Of a stretch of DNA of 29,223 nt, positions 10,490 to 21,671 are shown in pieces. Numbering within the stretch: position 1 is the stretch's first letter; each line of letters starts with the position of its first letter. Position numbers and translations under genes: made by a program. The stretch comes from Lepidodermella squamata (taxonomy: Eukaryota > Animalia > Gastrotricha), in NCBI GenBank assembly GCA_047495785.1, contig JBLDXI010000121.1, positions 1-29,223 of the forward strand. Reading direction: 5' to 3'. The notes beneath the pieces are model-generated. The model was given only the letters and a program-made list of their open reading frames with translations, was not told where the DNA came from and searched no databases.

Positions 10490-11870
10490 GCCTTACATAA
10501 ATTGTTTATGAGGATTTCCAAGAAAGAGTGGGCGGCTGAGCACTGAATATATTATATTCATTAGTCATTTTACCTGAAAATTATTGTGCGCTTGTCACGG
10601 GTTAAGCACGAGATAACGAAGGGTATCAGGTTGTAAAATGTTACAGCCATATATATGATTGATTGTTGATTCATTTTGCAACCAAAAATTAGATGAGCAA
10701 TCCAAGATGAGCACATGCTGATGAGCTTTTCCTAAAACAGTAGCTTCCATATTACGATAGCTGAGATTTCCGAGAAAAGATGGGCGCAATTCATTTTTAC
10801 CCGCAAATTATTATGCGTCTCTAACGGGTTCAGCATGAGGAACAGTATGTTGCCATAATTTGTCACAGCTATATTCCACCTATTCCGAGAATCTGTAAAC
10901 AAATTAGGCGAAAAATGTCAGCCAATGAGCAGATTCGGCTAACATAGGGCAAACGGTTGCAAACCTAGGTCTTGTTGATAAGCCGGGCTCTGGTTTACGA
11001 GACATGACCTGGACTGGGTCCTAAGTGCACAGTGCACCAATGATTTTGTTGCAATTTACAGTTGCAATTGAATTAATTGATTTTATCGATTCGTTTTATA
11101 ATCACAATTTATTTGTCTCCGAGAAGAAAGCAAGCTGATGAGCCTCTGCTATAAGAGTAAATTCCTAATTATGATCGCTCAGTTGACCAGCTCGACATTG
11201 GAATCACACGTTGCCCGATTATACATCTTGTTCTGTGGATTTCAAAGAAAGGGTGGGCGGTAAAGCGCTAGATATATATTTATTAGTCGTTTTTACCTAA
11301 AAATAATTATTATAAAGCAGTACGGGTTGAGCGTGAGATAAGGAACCGTATATTGTGTCATAAAATATATAATGTTCCAGGCGTATACAATATACTGCGC
11401 CTATTCTGAGAATTTTAGGTTCAGACTCCAATATTGATACTCTTTCTCCGTCTACCAAAGTCACCTCGAAAGTCAACTGGGTCCTAGCTGCGCTTTATCG
11501 ATACTAACTGAATATTGAATCAGTTTGTGACTGAGCTAAAAACATGGAAATTCCCTTTTTCGTAACATGCTGTTTGAGGAAAAATATGTAATAGAACTCG
11601 CCGCGTTGCTTGATTATACATTAATTGTGATGAGATTTCCAAGAAAATTGGGCGGTGAGCGCACAATATTTATTTCTTACTCATTTTTACCTGAAAATTA
11701 TTCTGCGTTTGTGTTTAGTTGAGTTTGGTTCAGCATGAGATAAGGAGTAGTACAAGGTCCAAAATGTTACAGCTATATAGTGTATATCTCTCACCTACTG
11801 CGTATTCTGAGAATCAGCTTGAAAATTATGCGAAAAAACTCCAGCAAATGGGCTAGTTTGGCAAACAAAC
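10490..11870. repeat. Four diverged ~200-250-bp direct repeats upstream of the ABCB gene
   Basis: The motif series GATTTC(C/A)(A/G)AGAAA...TGGGCG...TTTTACC...AATTATT...GGTT(C/A/G)AGC recurs at about 10513, 10765, 11238 and 11634. Confidence 0.8.
11417..11600 (-). pseudogene. Degenerate duplicate of ABCB exon 1 and its 5' flank
   Basis: 11417-11530 (aggttcagactccaatattgatactctttctccgtc...gtcacctcga...tagctgc...tatcgata...attgaatca) aligns with 10298-10385. ATG at 11545 is followed by an early TAG. Confidence 0.7.
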
Positions 11871-12226
11871 AGATTATAGTACGTCTCATGAAACAGATAT
11901 ACCAGCTAGTCAGGGACTGAACTGTTTTGTTTGATTTGGAAACAGTTCCAATTTAATTACCATATTTTTTCCTATAGCAGCCCGAGACTAAATTATCAAC
12001 CTTGAAATTTGGATAAGATTTGGATAAATAATTTTCGTGAATTATTTTTGATGTTTTCGCGAACCGACTTGACCTCTCAACCCTGGGCAACTATTGAGGA
12101 TCGGCAATTATTAGTGAATGGGCTACGGTAATTAATGTTGTTGATTGGGTCTGGAGTTGTTGACGCCAAAATCGAAATTGGGTCTATAATGAGGAATTTA
12201 TAAAGCGCAGCACAGATATGACCATT

Positions 12227-12298
12227 TGTAGCACAGCTGCGCAAGTGTAGCACAAATTAAATCCAAATTGTAGCACAGTTTTCGCATTTTGTAGCACA
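12227..12298. repeat. Four spaced copies of TGTAGCACA, probably TE subterminal repeats
   Basis: TGTAGCACA at 12227, 12246, 12269 and 12290. Confidence 0.7.
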
Positions 12299-13799
12299 CC
12301 TTAATTTTACTCAAATTCAACAAAAAATCAGTTATTTATGAATTCTTGCGATTACAACTGCTATGATTGGTGCCGAGCGACGTCTGCCTACGGTCGCCGC
12401 TGCAATTGCAGCTCATAGCCATACCGGCTCCAAGCTTTTCGACGATTGGATCTGCCGGGGCGACGTTATCGGCGTTTTGTGGCACGGTTTCAGCCTCCAG
12501 CTCTGAGTTGAATTTAATCGCATGTTTCTTTCAAATTCATCACATTAAGCAGAATCATACGGCTGACGGACCAAGGCCTTTTTATCATCACAAATTCGCC
12601 CACGTTTATGTGATTTTTGGCAAAATTGCGCACGCCTGTCCAGAAAACCCTGGCTTCGCCTCGGCCCTTGCGCTTTGTTATTATCGACAATGCAATTAGA
12701 TGAATTGTCAACAGTGCAATTTTTTGAAAAGACGGGAAGTGTGTAACACAAAAACGCCCCATACCGCTAGTTGTAGGTAACAGCCGCAGCTAACACGCAG
12801 TGTGCATGTCCGCTCTCCATCCGCTCTCACTCAGCACTCCTGCGCGCGGCTTAGTCACAAGGCGCGCAGCCGATATCGCTGTACAGGGTGTTCTTTTTAA
12901 AACCGAACATCCTGCCGTAGTCGCGAAAAATAAATTTGCCGGCTATTTTACAAAAATAATTTTACTAAAATAATTTTTTATCACTTTTAATATAACTTTT
13001 TAATTTTATTTTCAATTGCACGATGCCCTTGAATTTTAGCGCGCGTTGCCACGTCGACGCGTCGGTTTTTAAATTTTAGCGGTTAAAACGCCTGAAATCA
13101 GGGTTTTCGCGCCTGGTTCCTAAGGTAACCGGCAAGCGCGCGGCTCCTTGCCGCGCATCATTCAAGTCAGTTAAGCGAGCTAAATGTTTTAGCCGCGCCG
13201 TTTTTTCTTATTCGGTCTCAGTTTTCGCAATGTGGTATACCCAAAATCGGTGAAAAGAGCCTTAAATTGCGCTTCCTTGCCGTTGAAATCCACCGCTGGA
13301 ATCAAGAAGACGGCGGTGCAACGTGGTTTTCTGCTGTCTTGAGGAGTCTAATGATATAACAAGCGGCCTTGAAAACTTGTCGCTCAAGTTTCAGTCCGCG
13401 GATCAGAGAAACGCACCCTTTTCTGGGCGAAATGCAATGCAACTAGCTGTTTCACGATGAAAAGGGCAGTGGTATCATGTAAATAAACGGAAAGCTGGGG
13501 GGAAACATGTCGAATTTACTGGCATAGATGTTGCTGATGCGGAAGACACGTTGCCTTCCTTCTTTATCCTTGATGTTCTCTCATCCTTGTGTGATACTTC
13601 GTCGTCCGCAGTGAGGCCGTAGCTAACTTCTATAGACTAATTAAAGCAGATCTCAAAGGCGTTACCACCGTTATCATCAAAGCTGTCTCGTAGAACATGT
13701 TCATAATATCAAAAAGAAAAAATACAAGGTATTTTAGATTACGATGAACACATCTCGTGAGAGTATTTCGTTTGCTGCTGTTCGTAACATCAGTCATGT

Positions 13800-14105
13800 T
13801 CCTTACTAAGGATAGTGGTTTACAAGTCAGCGTAGCTTGGTGCTTAGTAAGGACTGTCATCCTAATAGTCATAACTATGGACACTCACTCTTCACTCTAC
13901 GCCGCGTCTTTTAAGGTGCACGGGTCCATCTGAGATCAGATCCTTAGATCGCTCAGTCTGAAGCGGCGAAGTCTGAGTAAGGATTGTTGAGTAAGCCATT
14001 CCTACCAAGCATACCAGTGACACCGCGTCCTTACTTGGAAGCCATCTTGCTAAGGATGTCTTGCTTAGTAAGGACATCCTTAGTAAGGAATTCCTTATAG
14101 CAAGA
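13800..14105. repeat. Cluster of palindromic TCCTTA(G/C)TAAGGA motifs and variants, mirrored at ~17238-17543
   Basis: Perfect copies at 13800 and 14077; TGCTTAGTAAGGA at 13841 and 14062; partial copies near 13972, 14028, 14045 and 14092. Confidence 0.75.
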
Positions 14106-14959
14106 TTGCTTTCAAGTAAAGAGAGCGCTTAGCATCTCTTTTACTCATAAATGCATCCTTAACATCCATAGCATGGAAAATCAACATCGCTAGGCTATGA
14201 ACAGCCGTTTATTTGCACCATTCAGATCAAGTTGAGTGTTTAACAAAACGTCATGTAAACTTTAACATCATTGGCAGCATCCGGCGCGCGGCGTGAGTCG
14301 TTAAGAGTGAGAATTTAGCATCATTTTCGGCGAAAAATTCAGTGGTATCACTGGATCCCACGGAGATTTGAAAACAGCCGATGACTGAGACAACGCTTAG
14401 GACTGATAACCGAGATCTTATTCAGACATTGATCACTCGTTTGCGGCGGCGCAGGGCAGCGGCGGGAATATTCCGTGGTATGCCCGTGTCCTGTCATCCA
14501 TTTCCCTGCGGTAACCGCAGTTACGGGCGGATGTAACTGTTTGTGAGACTGCGGTAACAAAGCAAGTTTAACACCACGCCAGTCTTTGTCTTTTATATGC
14601 ATCCCTTTGATCTCTGATTCTACGCGTCCTGTAAGAACAGTCCAGCATTCTCGCATAGATTTTACGTTTCTTGTAATATTTTAGTGGTAAACTATTTGAT
14701 TGATGTAACTTCAAGCGCAATAAATCACAATAATATAACGCGCCCCACTCCCGGAGAAATAGAAGAATAAGCGAAAACAAACGATTTCAAACCTTAGCCC
14801 TAATGCGGCCGCTGAAAACCAGTAGCAGCGGCTGAAATGTGTCAACGGGTAAAGTCTTTTGCAGAATTTTAACACGATTAAAGCTATATATTCACACAAT
14901 GCTTAAAATTCATGCATCGACGTCATATGGCCCCATAAATCACGAAGGATTGCGGCTAC

Positions 14960-15787
14960 AACGCGTTGAAACGTCCTCTAACAAGGATGGTATGGTATCA
15001 GAAAGCCGACCCAGCGCTCGAGTTAGGGCGGCAACACCAGCATTTTTCTGCTTTATTGTCAAACTGACATCTTCTCTTAGCAAGTTCACTTATGTTGGCC
15101 AAAATTTAACCGCTAAATTATTTGCTACGACCAAAAATATCCCGAAAAACCCGAAAAAACCCGAAAAATGCATGCCAAGCCACTTAAAGCGGAAAACCGC
15201 GTTGTCCAACCTAAAAGTAATGGTAACAAAGAAATATACAGTTTATTCTACAAGAAAACCATGAGAAAGATTGTTCTTACCAGATTATTTCATGAAATGG
15301 GCTATCCTTAAGGTTTCTGATCTGACTCAATGATGACGTCTAACCAGAGTGTGTAGGGCAGACGAAAGTCGATCCTGCGCTCGAATTACGGCGGCAACAC
15401 TAGCTTTTTCCTGCTTTGTCGTCATATTGATATAGTCTCCAAGCAAAATCACCCAATTTTACCCATATCTGACCGTTGATTATTTCCCAGCATCAATAAA
15501 TGTTCCGATAAACCCTAATAACTCCATTTTAACGTCTAAATGCATCCTAAGCCGTAAAACGAGAAAAGCCACGGTGACCCCCCAAAAAGACATGGTAACT
15601 AAGAAATTTACACTCTATTCTACCAGAAAACAATGAGTAACAATGCTAATTAAGCAAAATTCATGACATGGACCATCTTGAAGATCGTTCATCTTGCCAG
15701 AGGATGAGATCTAACACAGCAGGTATGGCAGAAGGAAGTCCCTCCTGCTCACGAGTTAGTATGGCAACACCGACTTTTTCTTGTTTT
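14960..15787 (+). repeat. Diverged tandem repeat with a ~363-370-bp unit (~2.3 copies) inside the foldback
   Basis: Anchor GCAACAC at 15031, 15394 and 15764; ATGGTAAC..AGAAAT.TACA..TATTCTAC.AGAAAAC.ATGAG at ~15220 and ~15592. Confidence 0.8.
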
Positions 15788-18479
15788 ACGGCTTAGGATG
15801 CATTTAGACGTTAAAATGGAGTTATTAGGGTTTATCGGAACATTTATTGATGCTGGGAAATAATCAACGGTCAGATATGGGTAAAATTGGGTGATTTTGC
15901 TTGGAGACTATATCAATATGACGACAAAGCAGGAAAAAGCTAGTGTTGCCGCCGTAATTCGAGCGCAGGATCGACTTTCGTCTGCCCTACACACTCTGGT
16001 TAGACGTCATCATTGAGTCAGATCAGAAACCTTAAGGATAGCCCATTTCATGAAATAATCTGGTAAGAACAATCTTTCTCATGGTTTTCTTGTAGAATAA
16101 ACTGTATATTTCTTTGTTACCATTACTTTTAGGTTGGACAACGCGGTTTTCCGCTTTAAGTGGCTTGGCATGCATTTTTCGGGTTTTTTCGGGTTTTTCG
16201 GGATATTTTTGGTCGTAGCAAATAATTTAGCGGTTAAATTTTGGCCAACATAAGTGAACTTGCTAAGAGAAGATGTCAGTTTGACAATAAAGCAGAAAAA
16301 TGCTGGTGTTGCCGCCCTAACTCGAGCGCTGGGTCGGCTTTCTGATACCATACCATCCTTGTTAGAGGACGTTTCAACGCGTTGTAGCCGCAATCCTTCG
16401 TGATTTATGGGGCCATATGACGTCGATGCATGAATTTTAAGCATTGTGTGAATATATAGCTTTAATCGTGTTAAAATTCTGCAAAAGACTTTACCCGTTG
16501 ACACATTTCAGCCGCTGCTACTGGTTTTCAGCGGCCGCATTAGGGCTAAGGTTTGAAATCGTTTGTTTTCGCTTATTCTTCTATTTCTCCGGGAGTGGGG
16601 CGCGTTATATTATTGTGATTTATTGCGCTTGAAGTTACATCAATCAAATAGTTTACCACTAAAATATTACAAGAAACGTAAAATCTATGCGAGAATGCTG
16701 GACTGTTCTTACAGGACGCGTAGAATCAGAGATCAAAGGGATGCATATAAAAGACAAAGACTGGCGTGGTGTTAAACTTGCTTTGTTACCGCAGTCTCAC
16801 AAACAGTTACATCCGCCCGTAACTGCGGTTACCGCAGGGAAATGGATGACAGGACACGGGCATACCACGGAATATTCCCGCCGCTGCCCTGCGCCGCCGC
16901 AAACGAGTGATCAATGTCTGAATAAGATCTCGGTTATCAGTCCTAAGCGTTGTCTCAGTCATCGGCTGTTTTCAAATCTCCGTGGGATCCAGTGATACCA
17001 CTGAATTTTTCGCCGAAAATGATGCTAAATTCTCACTCTTAACGACTCACGCCGCGCGCCGGATGCTGCCAATGATGTTAAAGTTTACATGACGTTTTGT
17101 TAAACACTCAACTTGATCTGAATGGTGCAAATAAACGGCTGTTCATAGCCTAGCGATGTTGATTTTCCATGCTATGGATGTTAAGGATGCATTTATGAGT
17201 AAAAGAGATGCTAAGCGCTCTCTTTACTTGAAAGCAATCTTGCTATAAGGAATTCCTTACTAAGGATGTCCTTACTAAGCAAGACATCCTTAGCAAGATG
17301 GCTTCCAAGTAAGGACGCGGTGTCACTGGTATGCTTGGTAGGAATGGCTTACTCAACAATCCTTACTCAGACTTCGCCGCTTCAGACTGAGCGATCTAAG
17401 GATCTGATCTCAGATGGACCCGTGCACCTTAAAAGACGCGGCGTAGAGTGAAGAGTGAGTGTCCATAGTTATGACTATTAGGATGACAGTCCTTACTAAG
17501 CACCAAGCTACGCTGACTTGTAAACCACTATCCTTAGTAAGGAACATGACTGATGTTACGAACAGCAGCAAACGAAATGAACTGAGCGGCTAAATCATCG
17601 TAATCTAAAATACCTTGTATTTTTTCTTTTTGATATTATGAACATGTTCTACGAGACAGCTTTGATGATAACGGTGGTAACGCCTTTGAGATCAGCTTTA
17701 ATTAGTCTATAGAAGTTAGCTACGGCCTCACTGCGGACGACGAAGTATCACACAAGGATGAGAGAACATCAAGGATAATGAAGGAAGGCAACGTGTCTTC
17801 CGCATCAGCAACATCTATGCCAGTAAATTCGACATGTTTCCCCCAGCTTTCCGTTTATTTACATGATACCACTGCCCTTTTCATCGTGAAACAGCTAGTT
17901 GCATTGCATTTCGCCCAGAAAATGGTGCGTTTCTCTGATCCGCGGACTGAAACTTGAGCGACAAGTTTTCAAGGCCGCTTGTTATATCATTAGACTCCTC
18001 AAGACAGCAGAAAACCACGTTGCACCGCCGTCTTTTTGATTCCAGCGGTGGATTTCAACGGCAAGGAAGCGCAATTTAAGGCTCTTTTCACCGATTTTGG
18101 GTATACCACATTGCGAAAACTGAGACCGAATAAGAAAAAACGGCGCGGCTAAAACATTTAGCTCGCTTAACTGACTTGAATGATGCGCGGAAAGGAGCCG
18201 CGCGCTTGCCGGTTACCTTAGGAACCAGGCGCGAAAACCCTGATTTCAGGCGTTTTAACCGCTAAAATTTAAAAACCGACGCGTCGACGTGGCAACGCGC
18301 GCTAAAATTCAAGGGCATCGTGCAATTGAAAATAAAATTAAAAATTTATATTAAAAGTGATAAAAAATTATTTTAGTAAAATTATTTTTGTAAAATAGCC
18401 GGCAAATTTATTTTTCGCGACTACGGCAGGATGTTCGGTTTTAAAAAGAACACCCTGTAGATAAATACTTTGTACTCAC

Positions 18480-19531
18480 CCCGCTGGGGCAGGCAACTTC
18501 ACTGGGCACACAAGTGACGAACTGCTGAGCGGCACACGAGTCGAATTTACGATTCTGCGGGAACAATCTTGTTATTCTCTAATCATTCTCAACAAATAGA
18601 TGATCACCGGGAATAAGGTGAAGTCGTTAACACAAGCCGCCAGATTTGTTCTGAAGGGGTACGCACCGTTGTAGGATGCACCAACCTTGAATTTATCGAA
18701 GACAGAAATGGATAAATTCAGAAAAAAGTGAAACCTTGTCGGACATGAGACGTACAAGGACGCAGCGGCTTCAAAGCTAGCGGTATCCGGGTTTGCGTAA
18801 AAAATCACGTGACGTGTTTAGCATAAGCGTGAATAATAATTACTTTCGATGGAAAAATTTTTTTTTGAATAATAAATTAATTTGCCATCGATAATAAAAA
18901 TTATAATTGAAAACAAAATTAATTTGCCATCGATAATAAAAATTATAATTGATAACAAAATAACCGATAAAATTCGCGGCGTAAATTCCGTAAATACGTG
19001 ATTTTCATGAATGAGATTTTTTGCTGGTCGCAGAAGAAAAATAACGATCGCTTCTAATGAGCTAATTTCTGGCCACGACGACCTTTGGACCTTATTAAAA
19101 AATAACAAAAAAAATCAGGCATATATGTGCCTGTGACTAACCATGAATTCGGTTGTTTTGCTACACCCAGGTGATCCCGGCCTGCAAGTCGCTGCGTAAG
19201 TGTCATAATTGTAGCACAACCTAGCAGTCTATTTGAAATAACTTCCTAGTATAATCAAATCAAATAAAAATAATGGAATCGCACCCCTTTCAGACAACTG
19301 CTTTTATCAGAAATGCTGCTTCCGACCTTTGACAGCAACAAAATTAAATTAAGCCACTTCGTTAAGGCTGGAACGAACTTGATATTCCCTTAATAGCTGA
19401 CAGCCGGTCGGCAGTTCGCGGCAATCGGTGAACCTGTCATCGAATTGCGAGAAGCAGCGAGCCCATTCGCCGCAAAGCACCCATTCAACAGCCGCCGAGT
19501 AAAATATCAATGTCGCAAAAACTTGTCGCAT
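18480..19531 (-). CDS. Secreted Cys-rich micro-exon protein, paralog A (3' part unresolved, possibly partly decayed)
   Basis: Exons 19531-19379 (MRQVFATLIFYSAAVEWVLCGEWARCFSQFDDRFTDCRELPTGCQLLREYQ), 19326-19285 (VGSSISDKSSCLKG), 19228-19142 (TARLCYNYDTYAATCRPGSPGCSKTTEFM), 18685-18608 (VGASYNGAYPFRTNLAACVNDFTLFP) and 18554-18480 (NRKFDSCAAQQFVTCVPSEVACPSG). All have canonical splice sites and are conserved with paralog B. The region 19090-18735 is not resolved. Confidence 0.75.
18874..18961. repeat. 42-bp tandem duplication
   Basis: AATTAATTTGCCATCGATAATAAAAATTATAATTGA occurs twice, with TTTGCC at 18881 and 18923. Confidence 0.85.
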
Positions 19532-21671
19532 TTTTCTTCAAAAGATAGAAATATGGAAAAACGCTTGAGAATTGAAAATAAATGCGTGGATAATTTAAAG
19601 TGAATGAAAGCGATGTTAACATTCTTAAGCGCAGAAAAACACCGCCACGTGAAACATATGGCTTCATGAGGCGGCGCGTGCTCATTTTAAAATCGAAAAA
19701 TCCTCATGCTATTTTTCAGTTTTGGTCGCGCTTCCCGAAAATTTTTTTGTTTCGATCGATAGTTTTTATTGACACATAAGCCGTTCCATACTTCATTCAT
19801 GCGTCTTGATCAGAAGTGATAGAGGCCTCAACAATCATTCCCTAGACTTTGTAAAATTTAGGGGCACCCTAGCCGCTTGAGAAAACCTGGAAAAGCAGCT
19901 TTTTGAAGACATCGTAGAACGCCCTCTGTTTGTAGGATTTCTCAAGAGCCGAGATGCTCCTCCAAAAGCCAGCCTGATCGCAGTGAACTACCGCAGAGAA
20001 AAACGGGCAATATAACTGCTGCAATGATGCAATATTCTTGGAAAAATTAATCACCACCTTTTTTAGTAAGATGCAGCAAAGAAATAAAGATGGTTTGCAT
20101 ATGCACACACTTTTGAATGGAGCGAAAAAGCGGAAAGAGATCGCTTCCAGCTCGTGTCATCCGTTTTTTGTCAAATCGCGCACACTAGAAAATGTGCATA
20201 TGCAGATTATCCACCAGGGAAAAGTGTTACCAATGCCAGCACGGGCTTTCATCAAAAAAAGAGTAACAAGGGATGATGCTACGAGGATGTTACACGCCAT
20301 AGCACACCAAAAAATATTAAAAAAAAATTGCTGAGGTTACTGTCGTTTTCGATTCCAGTGCCGTCTCCTAGAACGCGCGCTTCTGATTATTTTCAAACAA
20401 TTTTTGCCGCTGTTATTATCGATACGCCAACTTCGTCAGATATTTCCAAAAACAAAGCTGCTTCAACAACAAGCTGCCCGTCATCAATCTACTACGACTA
20501 CGAGCACGTGGCAATCCCATTCATCGATTCATGCACGTGGCATGGCTACACCACGAAATTCTTCTGCTTCTACGCCGAGACTCCTGCTGAGTACTATACC
20601 AAGCAATGTTATGATGGTTTCGTACCGGAATACAAAGCAAATCTGATGGCCAGGATCGGCAGGGCCGGTGTCAGTTGGCGTGTATGCGATGCTACGCAAC
20701 AGCGATGCGAATGAACGAGACTTCCTACTCGATATGATGGAAGCGGACGAATATGGAGGCGATCGCTGGATCATCAAAGAACGAGTTCAGCGCTACGAAA
20801 CGTCAACTCAAACAAAGCCGATTTAGCCGATTGTCAAGCTGAATCAGTCAACCGAAACCGAATCGATCGTTGAAAAACGTGTTAAGCTGAGTACTGTAGA
20901 AATCGGGCTGTACACATATACGCACGGCCCAATGTTACTCGAGTTAGGAATAAATAAATAAATAAATTACTGTACTTATAGTACAGGAGAGATGCTGTAC
21001 TCAAAGTACAGGTGATGATACTTTTGTTGGGCCGAGCCGAGCCGGATTTGTAGTTATTTAAAAACAGGCCGGAGCGGGCCTTGATGTTTAGACGCGTGGA
21101 AGCCAAAATCAAAATTATTTCTATCTTGCGGTTTTTCGTTTTTATCATTTTTCTGGGTGGCAAAAGATGCTCAGAATTTCGAAATTCTGCGTCAAAGCTC
21201 AAATATATCACGCTGTTTGAACATATTTTTCTTGTAATTTCCAGTCTGTTGGGCTCTTGAGCGCATTTTCAGTCTGTTTTCAGCGAGCTTTAGCAGATAG
21301 CGAAGTAGGACAGCGGAACTGGTAAGGATAAGGAAAATCGACATATGGGTCCCCTCTTTGGTTTTTGACTGAGTTCACCGATGGAACTGGAAAGGATTAT
21401 CCCTACCATCCCCAGCGGCACTTCGCTCTCTGAGTTAACGCTATTTTTGTGAATATTTCTGCGGATAATTTCCTGGAAAATGTCGTTTCGCCGTTTTAGA
21501 GATACCGAAACGACATCATGATCCCTTATAAAAACCAAATTCGCCGCCGATCGCGTCGAAATCAGCTTCAGGAATCGCGATTTTAGCCTTGGCCGCACGC
21601 CAATTTGACTGACTTAGCACGCAATTTCTGCGCGAACCAAGTATCGCCGTTCTGTATATCTTATTGTGATT

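Larger units (their letters stand above)
12884..18457. mobile_element. Non-autonomous foldback DNA transposon with Tc1/mariner-type ends; 5,574-bp near-perfect palindrome
   Basis: TA|CAGGGTGTTCTTTTTAAAACCGAAC at 12882-12908 and GTTCGGTTTTAAAAAGAACACCCTG|TA at 18433-18459. Arms 12884-15560 and 15783-18457 are reverse complements, and mirror ORFs in the track are identical. Flanks differ outside the TA. No transposase ORF is visible. Confidence 0.92.

Noticed and set aside
13800-14105. CRISPR-like array (also considered for 12227-12298)
   Set aside because: Repeats are short, degenerate and irregularly spaced, there are no cas genes, and the context is eukaryotic.
13630-17451. Mirror-image ORFs of 61-141 aa in the palindrome arms as duplicated genes or a transposase
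   Set aside because: No DDE/D or HTH motifs, several non-ATG starts, and one ORF runs through a non-coding tandem repeat. Their identity just reflects the inverted repeat.
12884-18457. Palindrome as a pure assembly or amplification fold-back artefact
   Set aside because: It ends precisely at transposon-like termini with TA on both sides, the flanks are unique, and the arms carry distinct substitutions. Read-level confirmation is still advisable.
18805-18807. In-frame TGA at a Cys-like position (KHVT*F) as selenocysteine
   Set aside because: The surrounding segment also needs frameshifts and no SECIS was identified; decay is the simpler explanation.
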